Assembly: GCA_965153285.1 (NCBI GenBank)
Contig: OZ229118.1
Length of the DNA: 64,000 nucleotides
Source: Podarcis tiliguerta
Taxonomy: Eukaryota
Strand: one strand, 5' to 3'
The notes beneath the pieces are model-generated. The model was not told the DNA's origin, made no database searches, and saw only the letters and a list, made by a program, of their open reading frames with translations. The position numbers were made by a program, and so were the translations under genes. Below, in pieces: positions 23,190 through 37,077 of the stretch; position 1 is the first letter of the stretch; every line of letters starts with the position of its first letter.

Positions 23190-26100
23190 GCAGGACTACT
23201 GTGGAAAATTAACAGGCTATTCTTTGTAAAGTTCTCTGTATGTGGCATGGGGGTAAATGCTGCTGTGTAGAAGTGCTAAATATTTACTTGGAATCCTTTG
23301 GTGCTTCTCACATTCTGTCAATACTGAAATGCTTAAAATTGAGCCAATATAACAGACATTATCTGCCTTAGGGAGTGCCTGTTTATTACACCACATAAAT
23401 TAGAAGCTTACATGTTTCAAATGCACGAAAGGAATTGTCGTGACAGCTTCGTACAGCAGGTTACTGTTTTTATGGGATGGAAACCCATCAAGGGCTTGTG
23501 CAAAGAAGACTAGCATTAGTTTAACCTTGTTTCTTCTAGTCCCCCCTTCCTATTTAAGTGTGTCTTGTATAATGCAAAACATTGATTTCTGAACGGTGCC
23601 TATGTAAATGAAGAGCTCATACCTCAGTGATGAAAGGAAGGGACTATTCAAACAATTGTGTAAGGGTGGATATCATTTGTACATGGCCAGAACTCAATTA
23701 CTATGCCCTCAAGTTTCAAAGCAAAAAGCTCTGGGTTCTCCTAATATGGATTAAGTAAAATAAAGTTAGCTGCCGTTCAGGTCCAACCTAGTTTGTTCTA
23801 TGTGCCAGGAAAGATAGGGATAAAAAAAGAATAAAATACTAGGGTTCTGGAATATGTGGCCCCAGGTATTGTTGGACTAGACCTCCCATCATCCTTGACT
23901 ATTGGCAATGCTAGATGGAGCTGATGGGAACTGGAGTTGCTTGGAGAGCCATGGATTCCTCACTATTGAAACACATCTAAGTGAGGCATGATCACGGTAG
24001 ATATTGTCTCTTAATGCACTTAACAAAAAGTAAAAAGAAGTCGTTGAACAAAGCTGCCCTGCTCACTGTTTTGTTTTCCAAAATAGTGTTTCAAAATTAA
24101 AGCAAAAGCTTTTGATCTCCAAAAAGGCATGAGAAAGGGGGAGAGGGGAAGGAGGGTTTGCTAGCTGAGGCTCACCACAGCTCTTCTCAAAGCAGAAAAT
24201 AATTATTTCCCACTGTAGCTCAACCTGGCCAGAACCTCTTAAGATGAAAGGGATATGTTCAAAAGGGAAGCTTCTGGGATTCTAAAAATCCCAGGGGGAC
24301 TCTAAAAATCTCTACTGAATTGCCCAAGGGTTAAATTAAGCTTTAAGTAAAGGGGAATCATTCTTTTTATAGTGCAGTAGATTAGATTGTGTATCCAGCT
24401 AAATAAACCCAATTATCTTCTGATCCAGCTCTACCTTTATGCTATCAGATAACAGGGAGGGGGGAATAAAAGGAAGCTGTGCATGCAGTCTAATTGATTA
24501 AATGCATGTTTTCTAGTCTTGGGCAGCACAACTGAACCCAGTGCAACTACCGTAACTACCAAGTACATGAACACAGAATTGCAGGGCATCCTCACAAGCA
24601 CTGGAATTGCAGCCAGCTTTGCCTGTGGAATTGTATATAAACATTTTAGCACTCTTTGTGGCATTTTTAATGACAATAAATAAATAAATAAATAAACATT
24701 AAATGAATCTGGGGGTTTCTTGCTTTAAAGTTTAGTGTTGTGCCACTGTGTCCATTTAATAACACAGTATAATGAGCTGGCAGTGTAAAATGCCAGTGAA
24801 ATAATTAAGGTCTCCGGGTTATTCTTCTGCCAGGTGTTCATATAATAGGTTTCTCCCACTCCTTTAGGCACATGGTAGGACAGAAGTGCTGTTTTTTTTT
24901 TTTTTAAAGGTTTGTGTTGTCCAGACCAACAAATTCCAGCAATTCCTTATTAACAGATCACTGAGAGATTCATCAAATAAAGGATGCCCTAAACTGGCCT
25001 GCTTGGTGGCTCTGAGGACATTATGAAGCACTAAAATTGCATTGCAATTAACTGTTCCTTTCACCTTGCTTTGGACCATATTATTCTGCTCCTGTTGAGG
25101 ACCAGCTCTTGTTTTGATAGGCTCTCAGTGGGCCCAACTGCTCCTCACTGTGACCAGCTTTCCTTTTGAGAGAGCCAATGGCTATCAGGGGCAGCTGATC
25201 ATTCTCCTCAGCTGTGGCTGCTTTATTTCCTGCAAGAGCAGGTGGATGAACAAGTAAAGAGGCCAGACTGGGCCTAATCTTCATTGCCACCAATAAGGGA
25301 AACTGAGTGGTTGTGGACTCTGTTGCTGTTTTCTTCAATGCTGCTCGCTCTGTTCCTGCAGGCCATAGAATGTGGATCATCAGGCAACTGCTGGGTCCCA
25401 GTATTCCAGCAGGATTCACTGCTAATATCTGCTCTGGGCCCATCCTTAAAGCAACATTTTTTTCAGTGGGCAACTAAGTCTGGGATCCCTTCTTAAAATT
25501 TACCAGAATGCCGCAGAATGATTCTTCATTGGAGTCACTGAGGAATTGTAATGGCAGCTACATTGGAGGGCTGCTATTGGCACCTGCTGTTCCCATCTCC
25601 AGGTAAGCCTCTTGGAGTTGCCAGCTGATGAAGGAGGGTCTCACCAGAGAACACTTTGCTGAGGGTCCCCTCAACTTTGAACTGGCTCTGTCTGCACTCA
25701 TCAGAGAGCTGAGCCTGTCTGCAGCCCTACAAGGAGTGCCCCATTTAGCTTTCTTGCTCTACGCTGTATGAAATAGTCGGATGTTGTTGGGAACATGTCA
25801 AAAAAATTATAATTAGTTGCGTGATTAAACAGCAAAATAACTCTCCCATAAACTGCAACTGTAGTTTGCACTGCTGCAGAGAGCCACATTAATCACCAGG
25901 CAATAACTATCTTTGGCCTATTAGAAGTGGGTGAGATATTTTAAATGTACCCCCCCCCCCCCGTTTTAATGCATCTATGTGGGGTTGCTTGTAAGTTGCT
26001 TTAGAAGAACACACCTACCGGTATATGTTTCAGCCCAGTGGCACAAATAGCAGCTGCAGTGAGATGATTTTGTGTTGCAGTGTTATGTTAAACATAATCT

Positions 26101-27643
26101 GATCCCGCATTTAAAAATGAAACAGTGGGAGGTCCAGTTATGACACCCCCCCCCCCCAATACTCCTTTTCCTGCAAGTGGGGATTTTTAAAAGTAAATTT
26201 GTTTAGGATTTGGATGTTATTCAGTTTAATAACTGGCAGTAACAATAGCAATAAAATTTACTTTTGAAAGGAAAAGTTTTATTGGACATCCTGGGAGAAA
26301 TCTTATAAGCCAAATATCCCCTAGGCCGCTGTCTGTTGGTATACAGCCAAATGAAAGTGTTGGCGTAATGACCCAAGGATGTCAATTAGGAATTAATTAA
26401 GGAGTTGCTAAATTATTTTTGAGCCTGATGAACAAGGCTGGGTAGAGAATGCTGCAGTGATTTAGGGGTTCCTTCTGCATCCATAAATTAAACCTGGCAG
26501 TATTTGTTAATGTTTCTAGTGAGGAAGAGCGCAACTGAACTGCAATGGAACCCCAGTGGCTTTGACTATGAAATGTGTCTCCAGAAGAAAACATTCCAGA
26601 ACTTAATAGATTGCTTAAAAAGACAATTGAGTTATGTTGTTGAATAAACAGCAGAGTGGGAATGTGGAGAGAGAGTAGAGTAGAACGAACACAGTTGCAC
26701 AAGATTTCATCAAACTCTAGTGTGAGAAAAGACAAATTTGGAATGCATTTAATAGGTTATGGGACAGGATGATATAGACAGAAGGAGGCTTTGGTAAGCC
26801 CCATTATCCCTTGGCCTAAACAACCCTCTCTCATGTGCAGCTTGGGGAATAATATGAATAGGGTTGACTGGCAGTGTATATTATGGACTTTTAATGCTAT
26901 AAAGTGGTAAGGACCGTTAAGACACCTTGTTAGGCAGGACTTTGGGAAGGTTTGCTGTATGGAGGTGCTCAGATAATTTTTATTGCCTGCATCTTCCTGA
27001 GGTTCTGTTTTATTATTGCAAAATGTCACAGTGCTTTTTTAAAAAATAGTTTTTATGTAATATGTTTCTGCTCTGGGACCATATGGTGAAGGGCAGACTG
27101 TAAATAAGGTAATGCCTGAATGAATTGATCTCATTTATGTCAAGCATTTCTATTTGTCATGGCACGCCAAAATAGCCACCCTTGGGCTAGAAGGTATCCT
27201 GTGGCCATCTAGACAATGGACTACGGACCCCATCAGCCTCAGCCAGTATGGCCAGCGGTCAAGAATGGTAGGAGTTGTAGCTCAGCAACATCCCTGCTCT
27301 GTATCCCAACATGTCTTGACTGTGACCTATGCAACACAAGCAAGAAAATTTAGTTAGGGCCACTTAGATTTAACCCATTTTCAGTAATCAAGGTTGTACT
27401 GACTCTAAATCTGGAAGATCTATTCTAGCAATAAAAGCTAATTGCTATTGACAAGATTTGGCATAGGAGTAGATGCCATTGTAGCTTCTTTTCACAGTTT
27501 AAAACAGTATTTTAAAGTACCAGTTTTCAGCGATATTCCAGATGGAGACAGTTACTTGGCTGATGATGAGTCTAGTTGCATTCCAATACTAGATACATGA
27601 GCCTCAGTCTATGACATCACTTTCCCAGTCATTTTTTGAATTA

Positions 27644-27758
27644 CAGGGTTGCCATATTTCAAAAAGGAAAAACCAGGACACCCCCAAAATTGTTGAGCTA
27701 AGATCCAGGACAAAGTGGACATTTTCCTTTTGGATATTCCAGATGTATGGCAGCCCTA
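27644..27758. mobile_element. hAT-type MITE
   Basis: TIRs cagggttgccata / tatggcagcccta. Confidence 0.65.
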
Positions 27759-29127
27759 GGATACAAGGTCCAGCAAAATTGACCCAAGTAATAAATTCAT
27801 GCATAAGTCATCTGGATGCTCTTCTAAGTGAGCAGCATCTGTAGTGCAGCCGTTAACATTGCAGGGAATAGTGATATAATAATCCCACTATTCACACAGA
27901 AGTACTTTAAGCAAGCTATAAGGATAGAAGGAGTATAGCCATATCACAGGTCAGAAAACAATACAGCAGGGGGAAATAATCTGCCCTGGTTATTGTGGTG
28001 CAATTAGATATGAAATACGCATCTCAATATAAAAGTTTTACGATTATAATTTGACTTTGTGATGCAGTATCTTGATTAACACCAGTATTATCACCTGTCA
28101 ATTACTAAAAAGCAGTGCAGTAATTAAGTCAAGCAAATGCTCTTGCATCCTTCTGGAGGTATAGTATGCCTGGGTATTTTAAGGAGTTCAGCAAAAGCAA
28201 AGACCCATTGAGATGAAAAATATAATCTTCACAGGTGCCCTGGGGCAGAGAAGAGAGACACTATAATGAGCATCTCCCTCATTACGACAAATTAAGATAC
28301 AACCACATTTGCTTAAAACAATTGCAGAGAGTTTTCAATTTTTTGGACAATAAACTTTTAAGAGCGTACCAGGTGCTAATACTCTTTGTATCTTTCCCAG
28401 CTTGGGGATTTATAAAGAGCTAAGACAGCCTTTCTCATCTAAATGGAAATGCCCAGAAGCTGATTTGGTACTAAAAAGTCGGCTATCGGTTTTCAATAGT
28501 ATGTATAACTAGAGAAGTTAAAATATGAACTTCATAGTTGCTAGAATTAATTTGCTTTTTACTTTCCAACACAGTCATTCTTAATTTATGGCAAAACATT
28601 CTGTTATCCCCTTTCTGCTTTACACTGTTCTGTTCAGATGGGAATATCCAAAACTCTGCTGTGCTTGGGGAAACATTTTGTGATAATGGATTAATACTGA
28701 ATTATTATTCTTAATGTTCCTGTTTCATCCTGAAGACACCTTGCAATATATATTACATATTCTGAAGAAGGGTTTTCCCCCTCCTTTCAAGTTCTAGTAA
28801 GAAAATCCTGGGGTAAGAAGCCATGGTCTGTCTGGATACAAAGCAGCTTCGTGTGCTCATACATTCAGCATTAAAATAAAGAAATTACTATTTTTCTCTG
28901 AATAGGCTTTCCCAAGTGTCAGTTACTATCCCAGGCTACAGTTACTATCATGTCTGGCCATTGACCATGCTGGATGGGATGATGGGAATTGTAGTCTAAC
29001 AATATCTACCGATCATAGGTTCGAGAAGGCCGCTCAAAATGCTCAAGCTCATGACTGATATTAGGAAGATGCTTTTTGCACAACTCATTTCATTACAAAA
29101 TGCTGATTTTTTTTTTAGGGAGTAGAC

Positions 29128-29262
29128 CAGGCTTCCTCAACCTCGGCCCTCCAGATGTTTTGAGGCTACAATTCCCAGCATCCTTAACCACTGGTCCTGC
29201 TACTAGGGATCATGGGAGTTGTAGGCAAAAAACATCTGGAGGGCCGAGTTTGAGAAAGCCTG
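29128..29262. mobile_element. Palindromic hAT MITE
   Basis: TIRs caggcttcctcaa / ttgagaaagcctg; 8-bp TSD gagtagac/gagcagac. Confidence 0.9.
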
Positions 29263-29604
29263 GAGCAGACAAATTCATAGATGATAGATCTTTTTTCGGA
29301 GCAATCTTATCCATGTGTTCACAGGAGTTCCACTGTAAGTGTGTAGGAGTGCAGCCTTAATTATTTTTAGCTGTAATCACTAGACACCAGCAACAGGTAA
29401 AGGACATGGCTGTCCCTGTCACAAGCCACTTGTGAGCTTTCCAGGGGCATTCATCACCATCAAACCTTATAAGACTTAAAGAGGAAAGGGATAAAAGCTA
29501 ATAGTTAAAAGTGATTGTAACTCACATAAAACAGATAGAAACAAAAGGCAAGCCATTAAAAGAGACTATAAGGGAGGGGCATTTGATTGGCCCCCTGCTT
29601 TAAG

Positions 29605-29746
29605 GCAGGTGTGGGGAACTTTTGGTCCTCCAGATTTTGCTGAACTACAACTCCCAACAGTCCTAGCAAGAATGGGCAATGGCCAGGGAAGATGGGAGTT
29701 GCAGTGCAGCAACATCTGGTGGGCCAAAGCCTTCCGAAACACACCT
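29605..29746. mobile_element. Older palindromic hAT MITE
   Basis: Same actacaactccca...tgggagttg core as the other palindromic MITEs, more diverged. Confidence 0.7.
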
Positions 29747-31130
29747 ATTTAAAAGGCTTATGTTACTTTATGAATTTATGCATTTTTATCTATTTGTCTG
29801 TTGTAAACCACCTATGACATTTGCAAAGTGCTGTACCACATATAAATGAAGTAAACAAATAAATCTGTCTAGTGGTCTTAGATTTTAGAGGTTCTGTCTA
29901 AAATAATTGGTCTTAATTAGGCTTGATCCATTAACTGTTTTGCTGAATTATTTGGATGGCAGTTACTCATTTGTTACTTATTAACTCACTTAGCTATCAA
30001 GATCATAGTGTCATTGTGCAGTTATTCCTACAATCACAAAGTGTCCGACTGAAGACTTAGGGTTGCATCCAACATATTCATATTCACAGTATGAATTAGT
30101 CAAATACTATCCTTATAGTCTGATGAAATGTGCAAACTTATGGATTAGTTTTTTTAAAGGAATGAATTTCATTCCCTTGCCTTATAATGAAAGGTGTGTT
30201 TTTTTCCTAAAACATTTCTTTTTCAAAAGAAGAAACCTGATTTAATAGGCAGTAGAATGCCTGCTGTCTGCACCTTAACTACCCACATATTCAGCCATGA
30301 ATGCAGTACTTCTGGCAAATAATAATTTTCTACATCGAAAGTCAACTCATTCTCATCCAGTAAACATTTGAGGGGGAGAAATATATTCAAGCCACCCGCT
30401 TCACATAGACTAGGCAATGGCTCATTAAATATCAACATGGTACAGAGTTTGTTTCAGGAAAGAGAAAGGGAAATATTCTTGTCTCCATTAAAAAGAACAT
30501 AATGGAAATCTGTATAAAGACATGTTAAAGCACCGTAACTGAACACCGCCAACACCGTCAAAGTGAAATAAGCTGGGGGGAAAACTCAGTAGTAAAGATT
30601 TAATATTTTATTTACACAGATGCCCACACACTTATATAGATATAGATTATATATACACACATGGGAGCTAGCTAGATGTAGAGTGTCACTGGTAAAACAA
30701 GAGACTCTGGAACTATTCTGTTGTGAAGCAGCCAGCAATCGACCAGGGAAAAGACTCCCCCTGCCTCAGGAAGTTTATGTGGGTAGAAAGAGGTTTTACA
30801 TGACATTCACATCCCAGGATGACTCACCTGACCCTCAAAATGTTGAGTTTCTAATATGTGAATGGAGTTTCTAGGGTGTGAATTTCATATAAGATCTCTT
30901 CCTACCAATATATAACCTGTAGGGCGAGTCTTGGGTGTTGATTGGGTGCCTGGTAATTGCTGACTAATTTGCAATAGATTGGTCCCCAAGTCTCTCATCA
31001 TACCACTGACACTCTGCATCTAGCTGGCTCTCTTGTGTGTGTATATACCTAATCTATGTGTCCAGAGGTGTCTGTGTAAATAGAATATTAATCACAGAAG
31101 CATGCTGGAGGTAACATCTAGTACTACAGG

Positions 31131-31263
31131 TAGTGCTTTTTCCCTAGAAAAATAGGTGCCAGTACTCACCATAAAGTTGTTACAATAAATGCCACACCTT
31201 TAACAACAAAAAAGAGAGGTGCCGGTACTGCGTACCCTTGAGCACCTCCTAAAAAAAGCACTG
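31131..31263. mobile_element. hAT MITE
   Basis: TIRs tagtgcttttt / aaaaaagcactg; 8-bp TSD actacagg/actatagg. Confidence 0.85.
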
Positions 31264-33102
31264 ACTATAGGTATGATTTGTTATGATACAATGGGTAGTT
31301 TTTTGCCTATTGTATCATAGCAAATGATTTTTTTGTTATGATTTTGTTATTGTTTCTTCCACTTATATTTATGTTAGATTAATGATACTCCAATGATTTT
31401 TTTTGTGCGGGGTCAGACTTAAATGCATGAACTTCTATCCCTAAATTTAACGATGAAAATACAAGGTGCAGATTGCGCATGAAGGTAAAGCTTAGAAAGG
31501 TGGCTGTCCTCAATTTGTTTGAGGAAGAACCAGGGGTAAGCAGATTCCCTTTGCCAGTTCCAACAAGCTAAACATCATCTGCTCCTTGGGTGGTTTCCTC
31601 TGCTCTTGCTTATACTAGGATAGCCCCAGTGGTTTGCCTGGGTACATTGGGTCCCAGCTAGTGGAATTATGGTTTGTAGGAGTACACTGGGTGACATCTG
31701 ATGGAAATTGTCCACCAGATCAAAAACAGGTGGTATGTACTTATATGCATGGCCTAGATTTTGAACTTTTCCCATGGAGATGTTTTCAACAGTAACAAGA
31801 GCATTCTATGTAATGAAAATATATTTATGTTGAAATAAAGAAAGACATGCAGCTTTTATGTAGAAAAATGGCATTATTTTAGATCCATAAAAGAGCGTAC
31901 CTTGTAATTTTAGAGGGGATATTGAACATATAAACCCCAAACACTAATATTCAGTTCATTTCTTATATATCATCTCCTAGTAGGTTGATATTATATTAGA
32001 ACTATAATAATGCTTGCAAGCTATTGCAGTTTATATTTGGATTATGTTTGCTTTGACTGTAAAGGGTTTGGTATAGACTGTAATACTGGTGGGTTATGGA
32101 CCAGACACAATAATAATTCATTTTCTGGGATTCCTGCTTTTGAGACTTCACTACTTGTCTTATACTCTAAGTCTCAAAGTGTAATATCCACTTGTATCCA
32201 AGGGTTGGCAAATACCTGGAATAGATAGGCAAGGAAAGTCAGCAACAGATTAGTTAGCTAATCTGACAGTGAAGGAAAGGAGAGGAGGGGGAAACAGAGG
32301 GAGGAGTTCCTCACATTGAGAGTGCATATGTGCACAAGCACATAACTGATCTAGAAGCACTGTAGTAGACACTAGCATAGAACTGGTTGTCTGCTATTAC
32401 CTAATTTTTTGGGTTAGACACCTTCCCACTTTGAATTGCCTGCATTTCTTCTTCTGAAGCTCCACGTGGATGACATAGACATCAGGAAACCAGTTCTGGG
32501 CCTTCAGGGCTCCTAGTCTCCCACATAACAGCAAGTACTTGAGATGAATAAGACGACATCTCCACTATTGCTAGCCCATCACCTAGCTTTTCTTGACTTG
32601 AGTAACTTGATATTAAGAGCAGCGCATTTTCAGGCTTCTCTTCATGTGTGTGCTGCTTCAAGCCCATTGATCCTACTTGGAATGGAATTCCATTCAGTTT
32701 TTCTGGTAAGATTCTAGAAGTCAATGGCCTTTCTCCATGTTCTAAGTCTCCCACCACCCACTTCTACAGCTGCGGATGTGGCCAATAAAGCCTGCTGTTT
32801 CCCATGTGATCGTGATTCTTTATTCTCCATTGGGAACCTCAACCTCGTAAGTAGCCGTTTGGTGATAAGTACTGGCTGTACTTTTAGACTACATGTTGAT
32901 GATGTAGTTCTGTGCATACAAACTGAACTGGCAAAGAAAGACCTCCTGTACTAGGGAAACAGCATCTGTTTGATGGTGGAAATCTGTGAGTACTTGGACT
33001 GGAGGTATTCACAATCTTGAATTTGGTCTGCTGACACCATTCAGTCAGTCATTACCTGCACACTTGCTACTTCAGTCATCATAGTTGTACAAGTGTGTAG
33101 TT

Positions 33103-33239
33103 CAGGCATAGGCAAACTCGGCCCTCCAGATGTTTTGGGACTACAACTCCCATCTTCCCTAGCTAACAGGACCAGTGGTCAGGGGGTGATGGGAACTGTA
33201 GTCTCAAAACATCTGGAGAGCCGAGTTTGCCCATGTCTG
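33103..33239. mobile_element. Palindromic hAT MITE
   Basis: TIRs caggcataggcaaactcgg / ccgagtttgcccatgtctg; perfect 8-bp TSD GTGTAGTT. Confidence 0.92.
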
Positions 33240-33844
33240 GTGTAGTTACTAACTGGTGAACTGCCCTTTGCTGATATCAATTACTCACATCTGTCTGCTT
33301 GCACAGTGCTGCCTCAATAATTGTTTTCTGTTGGTTTCTGGTGTGGACAGGAATTCCATTTCCTTTATGACTTTTCTGTAGCGAAACCAAATAGTTTAAT
33401 GGCTGTTGTTTGAGAAATTTGCCTTTCCCCAATTGCCAAGTCTTATATGTGTCTCAATTGTGTGTGTGTAAATATTGCCCATAGTTGAAAGCATTAAAAA
33501 AAAATCCTGCCTTTTGAAGTAGTGGGAAATCACTACAGCAGATGAAATGTCTCTGTGCAGTTATGAAATGAATGAAATGTAAGTGGGAGGCTCATATCTA
33601 CATTGAGGAAATGTTGTGAGCAAGTAAGCATAAATGATGAAGCAAAAGCTGCTATTTTTGTACAGTAGATTTATCCTCTGGTAGTGATGGTGAAACTGTC
33701 TTGCTTTGAATGGCTCCTGACTTGGCATTTGTGGACATAATCTGTGAATGTTCGAAAAATAGTTGTTGTTGTTTTAAATTGGCTCTCTTGTACTTTTGGA
33801 AGGACAATGTATTTTGTCATGTTGTTGGAAACAGATACCTCCCA

Positions 33845-34243
33845 GCCCTAATGAGGAACGATTGAGGGAGTTGGGTATGTTTAGCCTGGAAAAGTGGAGA
33901 CTGAGAGGAGTTATGATAGCCATCTTCAAATATCTAAAGGGCTGTCACATGGAAGATGGAGCAAGCTTCTTTTCTCTTGCTCTGGAGGGCAGGACCTAAA
34001 CCAAGGGATTCAGGTTACAAGAAAGGACATTCTGACTAAACATCAGGAAGAACTTTCTGACAGTAAGCTGTTTGACAGTGGAACGGACCCTTTCGAAAGG
34101 TGGTGGACTCTCTTTCATTGGCAGTTTTAATGCAGAGGTTGGATGGCCATCTTTTAGGGATGCCTGAGTTGAGATTCCTGCATTGCAGGGGGTAGGACTA
34201 GATGACCCGGGGAGTCTCTTCCAACTCTACAGTTCTCTGATTT
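33845..34243 (+). mobile_element. CR1 LINE 3' fragment
   Basis: Peptide EERLRELGMFSLEKWRLRGVMIAIFKYLKG is the CR1 ORF2 C-terminus, followed by the CR1 3' UTR (ggactagatgacc...ttccaactctac). Confidence 0.93.
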
Positions 34244-34406
34244 TTTAATCCACTCCACCAATCACTCCTCATAATACTTGGGAGCTGCTGTAGATGGTGT
34301 TCCGATGCAATCAAGGCTTATTCACTGCAGTTGGATCTTGACGGGTGGGGTGAGGGGCAGAGATCACATGCAGGCTCTGAGGGACAAATAGACCACAGCA
34401 TTCAAA

Positions 34407-34690
34407 GAGGAGGAGGAGGAGGAGGAGGAGGAGGAGGAGAAGAAGAAGAAGAAGAGAGTTTGGATTTGATATCCCGCTTTATCACTACCCTAAGGAGTCT
34501 CAAAGCGGCTAACATTCTCCTTTCCCTTCCACTCCCACAACAAACACTCTGTGAGGTGAGTGGGGCTGAGAGACTTCAAAGAAGTGTGACTGGCCCAAGG
34601 TCACCCAGCAGCTGCATGTGGAGGAGCAGAGACGTGAACCCAGTTCACCAGATTACGAGTCTACCACTCTTAACCACTACACTGGCTCTC
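34407..34690 (-). mobile_element. Squam3-type SINE with (CTT)n(CCT)n tail
   Basis: Reverse complement of the 2514 family; tail reads (GGA)n(GAA)n on the plus strand. Confidence 0.9.
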
Positions 34691-36396
34691 AGCACATTTC
34701 TTTCATATTTTGAATTATCTGCAAAAGTCTGTTCATAATCCTGAAGTCCCAGGGTGATGGTTCAACAGCATTCTATGCACATCTAGTTTTCTAAATATAC
34801 AACATCTATAGATATTTGGCTTCTTAGATGATGGGATACTTGCATTAATGCTGGAAGATGCCAACACACTGCCTGATATAGGTATGTTAGTACAATTGTC
34901 TATGTGGCGGTTTCAAGCTCAGACTGGTTGTTATTCAGGTTGCTGTTCCTGTTGCCTGCCATGCTAGTTCCTATGGCAGTGTACTGTTAAGACTTACACA
35001 CATGAACTAGTGCTTGTCAGATAATGAGCTAAATGTTAAAAGACCAAGAGTGCTCCTTTCTGTCCAGTCCCTCAAGAGGAAGATGACTCTATTATCAAAC
35101 CCTTGTAGTGACCTTATCCTGATTTTCTCATACATATTTATTGGTGTTCTAGTGGTATTCTGAAAGGATTATCTCCTGTCACATTTTTAATGCTGTCTGC
35201 TGGTGAACACCTTTTAATTGCAGATATTAATTTGCATTCAAATGGGAGGCATCTGGTTCAGCTTTGAAGTAAAAGACAATTTACAAGCTTTCCAAATGGA
35301 TAATCTGGCACAATTTCATGAAACTTTATTTATTATTCAGATAGGCGGAGGCAAGATGAATACCATTGTCAGATTATATCCTCCTTGATTTCTAATTAAC
35401 AAAGTTATGTTTTTGTTTATTATTATTATAAGGGTTGCACTGAATGTTCACTTTGAGCCTGAACTTGTGAGTTTTTGAGGGAATGCTCCCCACTCCTAGG
35501 TTAACCCTTCTGTTGGCAAGTGTTTGTGGCCAAATGGTTCTTCATTCTGCTGCTGATTTTCAGCCAATTTTTTCCTGTTTGATTTCTCTGTTGACTGGGA
35601 TTGCTAGTTAGGAATCATTTACTGAATGTGATGATGTTACTGCGCAACTTAACCAATCAAATCTGACTGTGTTCTGATGGCAGTATGGGCAAATGAAACC
35701 CATGAAGACTGAGGACAGCTGTTTTTGAAGGCTACATCAGGGATCACACATTTTCACAGGCCCGTACTTATCACAAGGGTGAATTTTCTGCACAAGTAGA
35801 TTTTCACAAAATAGTTCCTCCTTTGGACTCAGTCCCATAATCTTCAACATGGTGCAGTGGAAAACCGGGACACCCATCTTTTGGAGCACACTCCCGTGCA
35901 AGAGTATGCCCCCCCCCCCAAGATGTTCCAATTTAATTTAATTAGTTGGGGACATGCAGTCCTGACCCATTATGCTGTGAAATTACAATATATCCATTCT
36001 CTGTTCTTTAGAAGCTTCATGGCTTGTAATCTTGAGTAATTGATTCATTTAATGCAGCTGCAAAGTTTGACATGCATGTAATTTTACATGCATGTATAAT
36101 TGTATGGGGGGGGACTAACTCATGGTATCAGCTCATGAGATTTTCTTTCTTACACTTCAGGCTAAGTGCATCTATATTATTGCAACCTACCATATGCATC
36201 ATTCCCCCCCCCCCCCCGCGTAACAGCCACAGATAACATTTGTAAGTAGAAGCAGGCAGCAACTATCAAATATACAAATACATGCTTTGTCAAGTAGCAT
36301 GCAGATGCTTATGGTAATTTAGTTGTTTAATATGCTTTGCCGGGATTTCAAAGAAAATATAGACAACAATGAATTTTGCAATTTTAACTAAGGGTA

Positions 36397-36753
36397 AAAG
36401 GTAAAGGTAAAGGGACCCCTGACCATTTGGTCCAGTTGCGGACAACTCTGGGGTTGCGGTACTCATTTCGCTTTATTGGCCGAGTGAGCCGGCGTACAGC
36501 TTCTGGGTCATGTGGCCAGCATGACTAAGCCGCTTCTGGCGAACCAGAGCAGCGCACGGAAACACCGTTTACCTTCCCTCTGGAGCGGTACCTATTTATA
36601 TACTTGCACTTTGACGTGCTTTCAAACTGTTAGATTGGCAGGAGCAGGGACTGAGCAACTGGAGCTCACCCCGTCATGGGGATTCAAACCGCCGACCTTC
36701 TGATCGGCAAGTCCTAGGCTCTGTGGTTTAACCCACAGTGCCACCCGCATCCC
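36397..36753 (-). mobile_element. Sauria SINE (Squam1), full length
   Basis: Reverse complement of the 22857 element; 12-bp TSD TAACTAAGGGTA (36385-36396, 36754-36765). Confidence 0.95.
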
Positions 36754-36949
36754 TAACTAAGGGTAGCAGGACACAAAGTTATCATGAAAAATCAAACCAA
36801 AGGATGAATTTATCATTATCAACTTATACCTAACAGATCACCACACTGAGGCCTCATCAAATTGTTCATATACGTACCCATCATGTATATTCTAAAGCTA
36901 TTGCACTACTTTTCCAAACCCATGACCAAATGCAGACATAACTCTAAAT

Positions 36950-37077
36950 CAGGCATAGGCAAACTCGACCCTCCAGATGTTTTGGGACTACAACTCCCAC
37001 CATCCCTAGCTAACAGGACCAGTGGTCAGGGAATTGTAGTGCCAAAACATCTGGAGGGCCGAGTTTGCCTATGCCTG
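36950..37077. mobile_element. Palindromic hAT MITE
   Basis: TIRs caggcataggcaaactc / gagtttgcctatgcctg; TSD ctctaaat/cactaaat. Confidence 0.9.
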
